Source: an uncultured Fibrobacterota bacterium
GTDB taxonomy: Bacteria; Fibrobacterota; Chitinivibrionia; Chitinivibrionales; FEN-1185
Length of the DNA: 64,000 nt
Assembly: GCA_963729895.1 (NCBI GenBank)
Contig: CAVSQB010000022.1
Location: forward strand, 126,203-190,202
Direction: 5' to 3'
Shown: piece by piece, positions 1 through 10,197 of the stretch
Numbering within the stretch: the first letter of the stretch is position 1
Layout of the letters: each line of letters opens with the position of its first letter
Made by a program: the position numbers and the translations under genes
The notes under the pieces: generated by a model
What the model was told of the DNA's origin: nothing
Databases searched by the model: none
The model's input: only the letters and a program-made list of their open reading frames with translations

Positions 1-216
1 AACACGACGGCAACTTTTTTCCTTCAACAAGGGGCAAGGGCGGCTGCCCGCACAAAACAACGGGGCTCGAACAAGGACAAATATACTACGACGGAGCGTC
101 AATGAGAAGCGCGCGGCCCTGCGTCAAAAAATTCGCCAATTTTGCCTTGAATGCCGGCGTTCGTAATTATATAGTAATGAGGAAACGGGGGTTATTTCCT
201 TTGCAGGAGCTCTCCA

Positions 217-489
217 ATGACAAAATGGGAATACCAGTTCTTAATCGCGGAAAAGTACGGCAAAGGAATTTTCGGTTTTGTGCTGCCGCGGGAAATCTCG
301 TGGAAGATCCATTACATAAACGGCAAGCAGCAGCAGAATTGGGCTGACGTGACTCTCTTTAACTATCTCGGCAAAATGGGCGAACAGGGGTGGGAAGTCG
401 CATCCATGACATCGCACATGTCGGTACGGTCCGGTACGCTTCCGATCGAGCATCTCTATATAATCCTGAAGAAATCCCAGGAATCCTGA
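217..489 (+). CDS. DUF4177-like small protein
   Basis: RBS GGAG upstream. N-terminal KWEY and 'LGKMGEQGWEVAS...YIILKK' pattern typical of DUF4177. Confidence 0.7.
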   Translation: MTKWEYQFLIAEKYGKGIFGFVLPREISWKIHYINGKQQQNWADVTLFNYLGKMGEQGWEVASMTSHMSVRSGTLPIEHLYIILKKSQES

Positions 490-642
490 CGACAAAGATC
501 CCTTTTTTCCTTTGTGTTCACGCTCCGTTCCTCTCCGGTAGTTCATGCATCCCATCAAACGGTGAAACACTTTCAAAACGCGATCGGCCCCTTTTGGTAT
601 ATTACGGTGAGCCGACAAACCAGCCATTCGATATAACGGCGC

Positions 643-2304
643 ATGGAAAACATTTCCCTGAGAACGAAGATTCTGCTTGCCGCGTGCGCCGCGCTTGTCT
701 ACGGCGCGGGCCTGTGCGTTACGGTGATGGACATTGATGCAGCCCAGTATGCCTCAATGAGCTGTCAAATCGCCGCAAGCAGGCACTTCTGGACTTCGCT
801 GCTCCAGCCGGCCGGATATCTCGACAAGCCGCCCCTGCTCTTCTTCCTTTCCGCCGCGTCTTTCAAAGTCCTGGGCGTTTCCACGGTGAGCTACAAGACC
901 CCATCGTTCCTTATTACGCTCCTTGGGTTCTATGCAACCTACCGCCTGGGCGCACTACTTTACAATAAGCGAATAGGCATACTTGCGGCTGCCGTTCTTT
1001 GCTCCTGCGAAGGGATCATCTTTTTCACCAATGATGTCCGGACCGATGCGCTTCTTACGGGAACGGTTGTCTTTTCCGTGTGGCAGATAGCGGAGTTCAT
1101 CAAAACCGGAAGGGCCGGGTTCTTTCTCGGAGGAACTTTCGGCGTCGCGCTTGCCATGCTTGCCAAAGGCCCCATCGGCCTTATGGTTCCGGTTCTTGCC
1201 GTGGGGAGCTACTTGGCGGGAAAACGCAGGTTCGGGATGTTCTTAAAATGGTACTGGCCGGTGGGCGGCTTTATTGTGATGCTTTTGCTCATGCCCATGC
1301 TGTGGGGCCTGTACTCGCAATACGGGTGGCGCGGCATCCGGTTTTATTTCTGGACCCAGAGCTTTGGAAGAATCACCGGCCAAAGCTCGTGGCATGACAC
1401 ATCGGGATACTTCTATTTTGTCCATACTTTCCTCTGGGCGTTCCTGCCGTGGATGCTGCTGGCCTATTACAGCATCGGCGATCACGTTTTCCGGGCAATC
1501 AAGAACAGGTTCGACCCTGCGAAGGCAAACGACCTGCTGCTTCTTGGAGGAACCGTTCTTCCCTTTGTCGCACTGTCGTGCTCTCATTACAAATTGCCGC
1601 ACTACATCTTTGTGATTTTTCCGCTGGCGGCGATACTGACGGCAAAGACCATTTGCGAGCTGGCCGAGACGCAGCGCGAGAGGAAAGCCTTCCGCATATT
1701 TTTTCATACGCAGCGAGTGTGCTGCATGCTGATGTGGGTCTTTGCTCTTGTATGTATGACCGTCTTCTTCCCCTGCAAGAACCCTTTCGTATGGCTTCTT
1801 TCGGTTACGGCCTGCACCGCAACGTTCCGGTCCACTTCCGGGAAGCATTCACCGCTTGCCCGCCTCGTTTTGCCGTCTCTTTGGGCCATCTTCGGAATGA
1901 ACATTATGGTGAACCTGCACCTTTTCCCTCAGCTCATGTCATTCCAGGGCGGCAGCAACGCAGCAACGAGCATCAGCCGAAATCATGTGCCCGTGGATCG
2001 TGTATTCGGATATCGCGCCCAGGATCATTCCATGGAGTTCTACACGCGGCGCGAGATTCCGCTGCTGGACAGCACCCAAACCATGGCTGCGTTGCGCAGT
2101 CGAGACGTTTGGATTTATACGGGCCGTGATGGATACCGTTCCATACGGGAAATGGGGTTCTCGCCTGTGGCCGTTGATTCATTCCCGGATTTTCATGTTT
2201 CAAAGGTTACGATGAAATTCCTCTTCCACAAAACCAGATCGGCGATGCTGGGCCGGCAATACATTCTGCACAACATCCCTGGAGTGATGCACCCGGGGAC
2301 ATAA
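643..2304 (+). CDS. ArnT/PMT_2-like (GT83/GT39) membrane glycosyltransferase
   Basis: Many TM helices; motifs 'DAAQYA', 'YLDKPPL', 'LAKGPIG', 'KLPHYI'. Confidence 0.85.
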   Translation: MENISLRTKILLAACAALVYGAGLCVTVMDIDAAQYASMSCQIAASRHFWTSLLQPAGYLDKPPLLFFLSAASFKVLGVSTVSYKTPSFLITLLGFYATYRLGALLYNKRIGILAAAVLCSCEGIIFFTNDVRTDALLTGTVVFSVWQIAEFIKTGRAGFFLGGTFGVALAMLAKGPIGLMVPVLAVGSYLAGKRRFGMFLKWYWPVGGFIVMLLLMPMLWGLYSQYGWRGIRFYFWTQSFGRITGQSSWHDTSGYFYFVHTFLWAFLPWMLLAYYSIGDHVFRAIKNRFDPAKANDLLLLGGTVLPFVALSCSHYKLPHYIFVIFPLAAILTAKTICELAETQRERKAFRIFFHTQRVCCMLMWVFALVCMTVFFPCKNPFVWLLSVTACTATFRSTSGKHSPLARLVLPSLWAIFGMNIMVNLHLFPQLMSFQGGSNAATSISRNHVPVDRVFGYRAQDHSMEFYTRREIPLLDSTQTMAALRSRDVWIYTGRDGYRSIREMGFSPVAVDSFPDFHVSKVTMKFLFHKTRSAMLGRQYILHNIPGVMHPGT

Positions 2305-2386
2305 TCCGGGTGAAATCAGCTTTCCGCAAACAAGGAAGCGCCACAGGATCGGGAAGAAAAGAAATCAGCCGGGAATAAGAATACTC

Positions 2387-2415
2387 TTGACAATACAATG
2401 CATTCAGTTTAATAT
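2387..2415 (+). promoter_or_regulatory. sigma70-type promoter of the pilin gene
   Basis: TTGACA (2387-2392), 17-nt spacer, TAATAT (2410-2415). Confidence 0.6.
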
Positions 2416-2554
2416 TATGTATAGAGTCCTGATCTCCAGCGGAGCTGTGATGCTCAGGAAAGGAGGGTTTCGACGTTGCGTGATTTCTACACCATGCAAC
2501 CGTAATTGCAACAGTGAGTTATTTCAAAGGAAACCCAACTTGAAGGAGCTTTGT

Positions 2555-2983
2555 ATGAGATTCCTACGCAACAAAACCAAGGGATTCACCCTTGTCGAAC
2601 TTATGGTCGTGATCGTCATCATCGGCATTCTTGCCGCAGTTGCGATTCCCAAGTTTCTCGATGCATCCCAGAAGGCGAAAGCGTCTGAATTTCCAACACA
2701 GTTGACCGCTATTTACACCGGCCAGTTGGCATACCAGGCGGAGAGGGGCCAGTATGTAACGCAGTTTTCTTACCTGAGAGACTCTGCGGGCGTTGATGTG
2801 CCCTCCTCGAGCAGGTGGTTCACCTACTCAATGTCTGCTGCCAGCGCCACTGCTTTTGTGGGCAATGCAACGGTGGCTCAACCATTTGGAAATGCGACGA
2901 CTTCCGACTATGGTGCAATCGATCAAACCAATTCAAAGTATTGCACTGCCACATTGTCGAGATACTGCCCGAGCTGGAAGTAA
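2555..2983 (+). CDS. pilA: Type IV pilin (prepilin N-methylation motif)
   Basis: MRFLRNKTKG|FTLVELMVVIVIIGILAAVAIPKF class III signal; C-terminal Cys pair; RBS AAGGAG before ATG 2555. The upstream part of the listed ORF is leader sequence. Confidence 0.9.
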   Translation: MRFLRNKTKGFTLVELMVVIVIIGILAAVAIPKFLDASQKAKASEFPTQLTAIYTGQLAYQAERGQYVTQFSYLRDSAGVDVPSSSRWFTYSMSAASATAFVGNATVAQPFGNATTSDYGAIDQTNSKYCTATLSRYCPSWK

Positions 2984-3006
2984 CAGCGTAGCAGAGTTCC
3001 TAGTGG

Positions 3007-3042
3007 AAAGCCCCGGCCTCGAAAGAGGCGGGGCTTTTTTTA
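3007..3042 (+). terminator. Intrinsic terminator, likely bidirectional
   Basis: AAAGCCCCG-GCCTC-GAAA-GAGGC-GGGGCTTTTTTT between convergent genes. Confidence 0.85.
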
Positions 3043-3055
3043 TGGGGAACACTCG

Positions 3056-5269
3056 TTATTTAGCTCCTGTCTCCGTTGACGGCACAACCGGCTGCGAGCG
3101 AACAGCGCCGGCCACTTTCTCCTCGCGCTCCAATTGCGACTGAGACAAAGAGTGCTGTGCGTCTGCAAAATCAGGATTTGCCGGGTCGATTTCTTTTGCC
3201 CGACGCGCGTGAAAAAGGGCGGAATCCTGCATACCCAAACGAGCGTAAGCCTGGCCAAGATAATAGTGCGCTTGGGCTGAACCTGGATTCCTTATCAGGA
3301 CGCGGTTGAAATCCAAAATGGCTGAATTCAGGTCGCCATGAATCGCAAAACTGATTCCACGATCCAGTCGTGGTTGGGTGCTGTCCGGAACGAGCCGGAC
3401 TGCACGTGAATAGAACCGTATGGCGCTCGAAATCCGTCCGCTTCTAAACAATTCTTCACCAAAGCCCATACTGAGCTTCCACGATCCGGGGTTGAGCCTT
3501 AATGCCTGGGCAATATGGAAAAAAGAGCTATCCGCATTGTGCTTTCTAAGGTAGGCCACTGCGAGATAGTAATGCGCTTCCCAACTCGCGGGCAGGCGCA
3601 GGAGGGCGCTGTCCAGACACAAGATTGCAGAATCCGTGGAGCCGCGATTGAAAAGCGCAACTGAAAGCCCATACCAGGGAGCGAAGAAATCCGGCTGACA
3701 TGAAATTGCCCTGCGGTATTCGGCAATGGCCGACGAACCGAGCCCAAGCATTTCATACGTCTCCCCGAGGCAGTCGAGAGCGCGGGCATAATTTGAATCC
3801 GACTGAACCGCTTTTCGAAGGTAGAAGAGAGCCTCTTGCGGTTTGCCCTGCTGCTTCAGAATAAATCCCGTATTATACAGGGCCGCAGGATAGTCTGGAA
3901 GAATCTTAAGCGCTTCCGAAAAATGGACCAGCGCACTGTCCGGCATGTTTTGTGAGTAAAAAACCTTGCCAAGGTTGTTTTGAGCGAGATAGTTTCCGTT
4001 GGTGACCGACAATGCATGGCGGAAAAGATGAGTACTATCCTGCCAGCAGCCGACTTGTTGCCTTGCGGAGACCGAAACAACGGCAAGTAACAACGCCGCG
4101 CCCGCGACTGTGAACGTTCTGCGGAACATGCCGCCTTTGACAAGTTGCCCGATTCCCCAGGCTGCAATGACAAACAGGCCGATAAGCGGCACATAGGTGT
4201 ACCGGTCGGCCATTGATTGCGAACCGACCCGAACGATGCCGATTGCCGGGAGAAGCGTCACAACGTAAAAAGACCACCCGACGAAGAACCAGGGAGCGGT
4301 TCTCATCGCTCTGACGGCAGCATAGGAAATTCCCACCAGAGCACAACCGCAAACAACCACGCTTGCCACTTTAATGGTTGCCGTCAGCGGATAGAAGAAA
4401 GCGAGGTGAACAGGCCACGCAGTGTGTGCGATGTATCGAACGTACGACAGGATGGCATTCGAAAGCCGAATGCCCAGGGGAAATGCGGTCATTGAGCCGG
4501 CCGTCTTCTGGACAAAGAGCGTAACAATGCATACCGCAGCCGACAATACTGCGAAAGGAATTTTTTCCACAAGTAAGCGCCGTACCTGACTCCGCGCAGC
4601 TTGGTTTGTTTTATAGGGAACAAGGCGATTGAGAGGCCAAAAATCCAGTAGAAGCAGAATAAGAGGCACTGTAACGATCATGGGTTTTGCCATCAACCCA
4701 AGGGCAAAATAGACCAGCGTGCGAACATAGAGCGCTGCGCCCCGGGTCTTGACATACCGCCAGTACGTCAACAGGCTCAAGAGCATGAAAAACGTGCAGA
4801 GCAGATCCTTGCGCTCCGAAATCCATGCAACCGATTCCACGTGCAGCGGGTGAAGCGCGAAGAGAAATGCGACGAAAGCGCTTCTCCACAGCGCACCCGT
4901 CATATTCAAAAGAACCCCAAAAAGAAGCAATGCATTGAAGATGTGCAAACACACATTTGTGAAGTGATACCCGCCCGCCGCCTGTCCGTACAGATCGCGA
5001 TCGAGCATGAGAGAAAGCCATGTCACCGGATGCCAGTTGGCCGCGGACGTTGTGCACAAGGCCCAGCGGACATTACTGAGCGTGAGGCCGGACTGCACGC
5101 GGGGGTTGTTGTAGATATATTCGTCGTCGTCATAATTAACAAAGGAGAAGTTCCGTGCCGGCCAGTATACCCACAGGGTGCACAGGGCCAGGGATGCGAG
5201 AACAATCGAGCGAACCGCGCTCTGGGGCAACGCCGGAAGATGAAGGCTTTTGGCGGAGGTGATGCGCAT
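3056..5269 (-). CDS. TMTC-like membrane glycosyltransferase with C-terminal TPRs (paralog 1)
   Basis: 'YDDDEY' first-loop acidic motif, 'HPLHVESVAWISERKD', 'ADRYTY', about 11 TM segments, then many TPR repeats. Confidence 0.8.
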   Translation of the reverse strand: MRITSAKSLHLPALPQSAVRSIVLASLALCTLWVYWPARNFSFVNYDDDEYIYNNPRVQSGLTLSNVRWALCTTSAANWHPVTWLSLMLDRDLYGQAAGGYHFTNVCLHIFNALLLFGVLLNMTGALWRSAFVAFLFALHPLHVESVAWISERKDLLCTFFMLLSLLTYWRYVKTRGAALYVRTLVYFALGLMAKPMIVTVPLILLLLDFWPLNRLVPYKTNQAARSQVRRLLVEKIPFAVLSAAVCIVTLFVQKTAGSMTAFPLGIRLSNAILSYVRYIAHTAWPVHLAFFYPLTATIKVASVVVCGCALVGISYAAVRAMRTAPWFFVGWSFYVVTLLPAIGIVRVGSQSMADRYTYVPLIGLFVIAAWGIGQLVKGGMFRRTFTVAGAALLLAVVSVSARQQVGCWQDSTHLFRHALSVTNGNYLAQNNLGKVFYSQNMPDSALVHFSEALKILPDYPAALYNTGFILKQQGKPQEALFYLRKAVQSDSNYARALDCLGETYEMLGLGSSAIAEYRRAISCQPDFFAPWYGLSVALFNRGSTDSAILCLDSALLRLPASWEAHYYLAVAYLRKHNADSSFFHIAQALRLNPGSWKLSMGFGEELFRSGRISSAIRFYSRAVRLVPDSTQPRLDRGISFAIHGDLNSAILDFNRVLIRNPGSAQAHYYLGQAYARLGMQDSALFHARRAKEIDPANPDFADAQHSLSQSQLEREEKVAGAVRSQPVVPSTETGAK

Positions 5270-5278
5270 GGCTGTTTG

Positions 5279-7258
5279 TTATGGTTTGGCGGTCTTGGGT
5301 TCGCGCGCCGCAAGCGAGTCTGCGATGGCAAACTGATTGTGCGCAAGATCATTTCTTCCCAGAGATTGATATGCCTTTGCCAAACGGCGATGCGCATCGG
5401 TATAGCCGGGGACAATCGCAATCGATTTCAAATACCACCCGATGGCTTCCTGCGCGGCACTGTCGTAGCAGCAGCAATCCCCCAGCTCAAGATACGATTC
5501 GGCATCGTCCGGATTCGCGCGGATTGCTTCCAGGAGATAGCGCCTGCAATCCGGATAATCTTTCATGGCGGCATACGTTGCGCCGAGATTGTGTAAAGCC
5601 GCAGGGAAGCGCGGTTCCTTTGCAAGGGCGCGCTTGAAGCACCGGATAGCGGATTGCGTATCACCGATCATTCCATAGGCGTTGCCGCAATCGAGGTTTG
5701 CAAGCGTGCCGGTGGAATCCTGCGCAAGCAACAGGCTGAATGCGGCAATTGCATTCTTCGGCTTTCCCTGCCGCAGGAGAATAAGCCCGATATTGAGCCG
5801 GGGGCTGGTTTGCGTGGGCCGGAATGAGAGTGATTTTTGGAAGCAGTACGCGGCTTCGGCATAGCTTTTCCGGTCGAGAAGGAAATTTCCCTTGATGCCG
5901 TACGCGAGGAAATTGTCTTTTGTGACTCTCAGCGCATGGTTTGACAGCGTAAGATCGTCCTGCCAGTAACCGGCTTGAGCGCGCGTTTGTAAAGACAAAA
6001 TCGCAAGCACGACAACGGAGCAGATCGCGGCAGGGAGCCGCAGCGACCGGCGCCGCACGGTGAAATCGTACACCAGCCATGTGACGGCAACAAAGAGACC
6101 GACAAGCGGAACATACGTGTATCTGTCCGCCATTGCCTGGGATCCCACCTGGATAATGCCGATGGCCGGTACGAGAGTTCCAAGGAACCAGAACCATCCC
6201 ACAAATACATAGGGCAGTTTTCGCCTTGCAACCAGCGCGATGCCCGTCACGGAGACGAGAAAGACACAGGCAACCGACAAGGCAAATGCCGACGGCAGTT
6301 CGGCGGGAAGCGGATAGAAGAAAGCAAGATGGGCCGGCCAGAACATCTTTCCCGCATAGCCTGCGTAGGACACACCGGCATTGGCAAGCCGGTGCAGAAA
6401 GGATAACTCATCCGCCTTCACAATGGCATCGCCTGCGTGCTGCGCCAGGATCGTCACGACGCATGAAACGGCCGAGAGAACAAAGAATGGTGTTTTCTCC
6501 GCGAGCAGGAACAACACATTCCGGTTGGAGGGTCTTTCACCCAGGGACTGGTTGGGTCCGGTCTTTGCGCCGAACCGGCCAAGGGGCCAATAGTCGAGGA
6601 GAAGCATGACAAAGGGAAGCGTGACAACCATTGGTTTTGACATGAGGGCTAAGGCGAACAGAACAAGGGCTCCTAAATAGAAGCGTCGCTTCTTCTGAAA
6701 CCGGAATGATGAGTAACAAAGCAAGGAGAGAAGCATGAAGAAGGTGCTCAGGACATCTTTTCGCTCCGACACCCACGCAACCGATTCAACGTGGAGCGGG
6801 TGAACTCCGAATAATGCGGCAACGAATGCACTTGGCCAGAGCGAACCGGTGATCGACTTGAGAAGAAAAAACAGGAGAAGGGTATTCAGGATGTGCAGCA
6901 CAAGGCTGGTAAGATGGTGTCCGGCGGGCTTGTTGCCGTACAGCCGGCAGTCGAGCGCGTGCGAGAGCCAGGTAAGCGGGTGCCAGTTGGCTGCTTCAAA
7001 CGTGGTGAAGGCCCACAGCAGGTTCGCCCTGGTGAACCCGGACATCACATGATAGTTCTTCGAAACGTATTGGTGGTCGTCAAGACTGATGAAGTCGCAC
7101 TTATCAACATTCCAATAGGCATACAGCGTCGATCCGGCCAACAGAAACACGATGAGGTAGAGGACAACGCGGCCTGCATGCCCGCGGGTTTCCTGCATTG
7201 ACGGGTGAGGAGCGGAACTGTCGTTGTGCTGCATTGGTCCTTTGGTTCCGGGCGTCAT
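5279..7258 (-). CDS. TMTC-like membrane glycosyltransferase with C-terminal TPRs (paralog 2)
   Basis: 'LDDHQY', 'HPLHVESVAWVSERKD', 'ADRYTY', TPRs. The start could be 7258 or 7234. Confidence 0.8.
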   Translation of the reverse strand: MTPGTKGPMQHNDSSAPHPSMQETRGHAGRVVLYLIVFLLAGSTLYAYWNVDKCDFISLDDHQYVSKNYHVMSGFTRANLLWAFTTFEAANWHPLTWLSHALDCRLYGNKPAGHHLTSLVLHILNTLLLFFLLKSITGSLWPSAFVAALFGVHPLHVESVAWVSERKDVLSTFFMLLSLLCYSSFRFQKKRRFYLGALVLFALALMSKPMVVTLPFVMLLLDYWPLGRFGAKTGPNQSLGERPSNRNVLFLLAEKTPFFVLSAVSCVVTILAQHAGDAIVKADELSFLHRLANAGVSYAGYAGKMFWPAHLAFFYPLPAELPSAFALSVACVFLVSVTGIALVARRKLPYVFVGWFWFLGTLVPAIGIIQVGSQAMADRYTYVPLVGLFVAVTWLVYDFTVRRRSLRLPAAICSVVVLAILSLQTRAQAGYWQDDLTLSNHALRVTKDNFLAYGIKGNFLLDRKSYAEAAYCFQKSLSFRPTQTSPRLNIGLILLRQGKPKNAIAAFSLLLAQDSTGTLANLDCGNAYGMIGDTQSAIRCFKRALAKEPRFPAALHNLGATYAAMKDYPDCRRYLLEAIRANPDDAESYLELGDCCCYDSAAQEAIGWYLKSIAIVPGYTDAHRRLAKAYQSLGRNDLAHNQFAIADSLAAREPKTAKP

Positions 7259-7490
7259 TCCCCGGGCGAGCCGGAATGTATCGTACCATCATTATACTAT
7301 TTTTTTGCTGCGGAAACTATGGCCGCGACCTTGCAAGGACAACGAAGCGTTCGCGGCAACCGAACAGGGCATCTCGCAAAACCCCGCGCCTTCCCACGGC
7401 AGTTTGCAAAGAATAGTAGTGATTTTTGCCTGCGAAACAACTAGAATTAGAGTATCGCATTTTCCCGGTCTTCGTGCTCTAAAAGCAAGC

Positions 7491-8951
7491 ATGATACGCA
7501 TGAACAACAAGCGCATATTTTCCTGGAAGCCGGACTGGCCGTTTCTTGCCGTGTGCGCGGGCGTGCTGGTTCTCCTGCTGCTTTTCCCCGTGCTGTTCGG
7601 CGGCAAGCGGGAAGACCCGTATTTTTCCTACAAAATAATGTGGCTCAATTACCTCGGTCACCGGTTCAAACTTCCTCTTGAGACTCCCAAGCCGCTGTTT
7701 GCATTCCTGTGCGGGATTGCGGGACAGGCAGCACTGTATCCGATAACGTGTTGCTTTGGCGCAGGCGTGCTGGGCCTGCTCATGAAACTGTCGCAGAAGC
7801 TCGGAAAGCCCGGTTGGGCGGGACTCGTTGCATTTGCGCTCTTCCTGGTCAGCAACAAAATAGTACTTCCGGAGTTCATCCTGGGTGCGTACTGGCCCCT
7901 GCCGTTCCTTTTCTTCACCCTTGCGGCGGTGTACTTTTTTGTCAATACGTGGACGCTCGCAACCGCGATTTCGTTGCTGTGCGCCGGTCTGCTGAGGCCC
8001 GAGGCGTGGTTGTTTCCCCCGATCTTTGCGGCAGTCGCTCTTGCAAAGAGAGACCGGAGCTTTTCCTGGTGGCTGTTTGTTCCCCTGCTTGCGCCGGTCA
8101 TCTGGGCGCTTTTTGACGGAAGGATTTCGGGAAGCCTGACCTATTCAATGGACATGACGAAATACTACTGGCAGACCCTGGGGGTCCTTCCGGCGCCTTT
8201 TGGAAAGTTCTGGGAGGCAACCGGCGGGGACCTGGCTGCCAATTTCTACCTGCCGGTACATCTGGCCGGCCTTGCCGGCCTCGGCTACTTTGTGATGAAG
8301 ACCCGGCGCGCCGAGCACCTGCTCATGGCGGTCCTTTCCGCCCTGCCCTTCTTATTCTTCTGGCTGCTCTCCCTCCAAAGCCCGGTGATAACACAGGTGC
8401 GGTTCTTTGCCTTTCCAATGCTCGTACTGTGTCTGTATGCGGTGCTTTTTCTTTTCGACCTGTCACCGGGAAAATGGATCGCCCTAGCCTTGTGTTGCCT
8501 TCTTGTGTGCATCGGATTTCGAGAAGACCTAGTCCCGAACACGGTGAGGATGATTCAAGGCGATTGCGCCACTGCCCGCGCAAGGGCAGGAACCCTTGAA
8601 ACGGTAAGGAGCATGGAAAAGAAAGCGGCCGTTATTCTTTGCGGGAGATCCGCCGGGTACTTTGCCTATCAACTTGGAGAAACGGCATCGCAGAAGATAT
8701 TCATGTTCAGAGAGGCCGCCACCAGGCCGGATGTGATGCAGAATGTTTCTACCGGGGTCGCGGTTTACGTGAGCAACGATCTCGCAGGCATGGACAATGT
8801 GTTCCGTTTTCTTTCAAGACCACACCCGTATTGCGCAAACGGATTCGGCTTTTCTCCCGTGCGCATAGCGAGCGGGGGCAACGGCATTGTATACGACATC
8901 GAAAGGTTGCCAGACGCGACTTTGCAGCCGTCACTGCCATCGAGGCGCTAG
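7491..8951 (+). CDS. Polytopic membrane protein, possible GT-C-fold glycosyltransferase
   Basis: About 11 TM segments; 'TPKPL' and 'LLRPEAW' motifs resemble GT-C enzymes. Start placed at MIRMNNK; the upstream ORF extension overlaps the divergent promoter region. Confidence 0.55.
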   Translation: MIRMNNKRIFSWKPDWPFLAVCAGVLVLLLLFPVLFGGKREDPYFSYKIMWLNYLGHRFKLPLETPKPLFAFLCGIAGQAALYPITCCFGAGVLGLLMKLSQKLGKPGWAGLVAFALFLVSNKIVLPEFILGAYWPLPFLFFTLAAVYFFVNTWTLATAISLLCAGLLRPEAWLFPPIFAAVALAKRDRSFSWWLFVPLLAPVIWALFDGRISGSLTYSMDMTKYYWQTLGVLPAPFGKFWEATGGDLAANFYLPVHLAGLAGLGYFVMKTRRAEHLLMAVLSALPFLFFWLLSLQSPVITQVRFFAFPMLVLCLYAVLFLFDLSPGKWIALALCCLLVCIGFREDLVPNTVRMIQGDCATARARAGTLETVRSMEKKAAVILCGRSAGYFAYQLGETASQKIFMFREAATRPDVMQNVSTGVAVYVSNDLAGMDNVFRFLSRPHPYCANGFGFSPVRIASGGNGIVYDIERLPDATLQPSLPSRR

Positions 8952-8981
8952 CGCAGATCCAGGTGGGACCGGGCAAAACGG

Positions 8982-9920
8982 CTACGGTTTGCCGCCCGAG
9001 TCTTCAAACAGGTCGAGGAAGCGGTCTTCGTACAGTTCGAAAAGGTTCCATTTGTCAAGTTCCTTCTTGAGCTCCTGGGCCGCAGACCGGTCCAAGGCGG
9101 CCTTTTTGAACAGCTTCTCGATTTTTTCCATGATATAATGCGGGACCTTCTCTTCGTCGATCTGGGACATTTCTTCGTCCTGCTCCTTTTCGGACGGGAA
9201 CAGCTGCTTGATGCGCTCTTCAATGGCGGCCATTTGCTGGTCCATCTCGGCAACGCTTGCGGTAAGCTCGGAAACATCGAGATCGAGCGAGAACACCTTG
9301 CCGAAAACTCTGACAATCTCAAGCGACGCCTTTGGGTAGGGCATGTTCGCCGCATACGACGGCATGGTGGCAAGGAGGCACGCGGCGTCTATGCCGCGCG
9401 ACGCGGCAACGCCGAGCAGCAGGCCGTTGAGGCCGGCAATGTATCCATCCGGCATGGGCACGACTCCGAAATGCTTGATGGAGTCGAGGTGGCTCGTGCT
9501 CGAGCAGGCGATGAGAACATCGGACGTCGCCTGATAACTCATGGGCTGTGCGAGTGCGGCGGCCGTGAAGACCCGCGATACCTTGTACTGGCGGGCGATA
9601 TCAAGAATGGTCTTGATAATAGTGATGCCGTCTTTGCCGCCGATCTGTGCATTGCTTTCGAAGATGATGACGTCCGGGTTCGTGGTGTAGTGAAACATGC
9701 TCGAGGGGATCTCCGGCAGCTGGGCTATCCCTTCCTTGACAATAATAGACTCAGGAATGAAAAACGGGCTCATGTCGATTTCCGCAAAAAGCCCTGCTTT
9801 TGTGTGACGTCTGAGATAATCCATGGCAATGAGACCTACATTTCCCATGCCCGGCCATGCCGCGAGCAGCGTCGGAGAAGAAGAGAACGTCACATCGTGC
9901 AATACTTTCATAGCGTACAT
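8982..9920 (-). CDS. PAC2 (proteasome assembly chaperone 2) family protein
   Basis: 'AAWPGMGNVG' and 'IAGLNGLLLG...AACLL...PYPKAS' motifs; coiled-coil C-terminus. Start 9920 or 9911. Confidence 0.8.
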   Translation of the reverse strand: MYAMKVLHDVTFSSSPTLLAAWPGMGNVGLIAMDYLRRHTKAGLFAEIDMSPFFIPESIIVKEGIAQLPEIPSSMFHYTTNPDVIIFESNAQIGGKDGITIIKTILDIARQYKVSRVFTAAALAQPMSYQATSDVLIACSSTSHLDSIKHFGVVPMPDGYIAGLNGLLLGVAASRGIDAACLLATMPSYAANMPYPKASLEIVRVFGKVFSLDLDVSELTASVAEMDQQMAAIEERIKQLFPSEKEQDEEMSQIDEEKVPHYIMEKIEKLFKKAALDRSAAQELKKELDKWNLFELYEDRFLDLFEDSGGKP

Positions 9921-10197
9921 GTCCCCGTTCGTTCGTGTTGCGAATCCAACCAAATAAAATAATTGAAGAACCCCGCCGCAAGTAGCGGTGATTGTCTGTG
10001 GGCGCCGAAACAGTCGTTTCGTAAACACATGATGCTCCGCCTCAGGTGGTGCCGGATCATGCCGGGCCGCATATTCCGCAGCTGCCGTCACATCTGGGAG
10101 GGCTTTCCGAACACCGGCATCGAAGGGAAGCAGATAAGAAGCAAGCAAAATGCCGGACTCGTGTCGTGAGCGATCAACGGTGTTGTATTTTGCGAAC

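Noticed and set aside
2387..2554. 56-aa N-terminal extension of the pilin
   Set aside because: The listed TTG start is the -35 box; the RBS and prepilin leader support ATG 2555.
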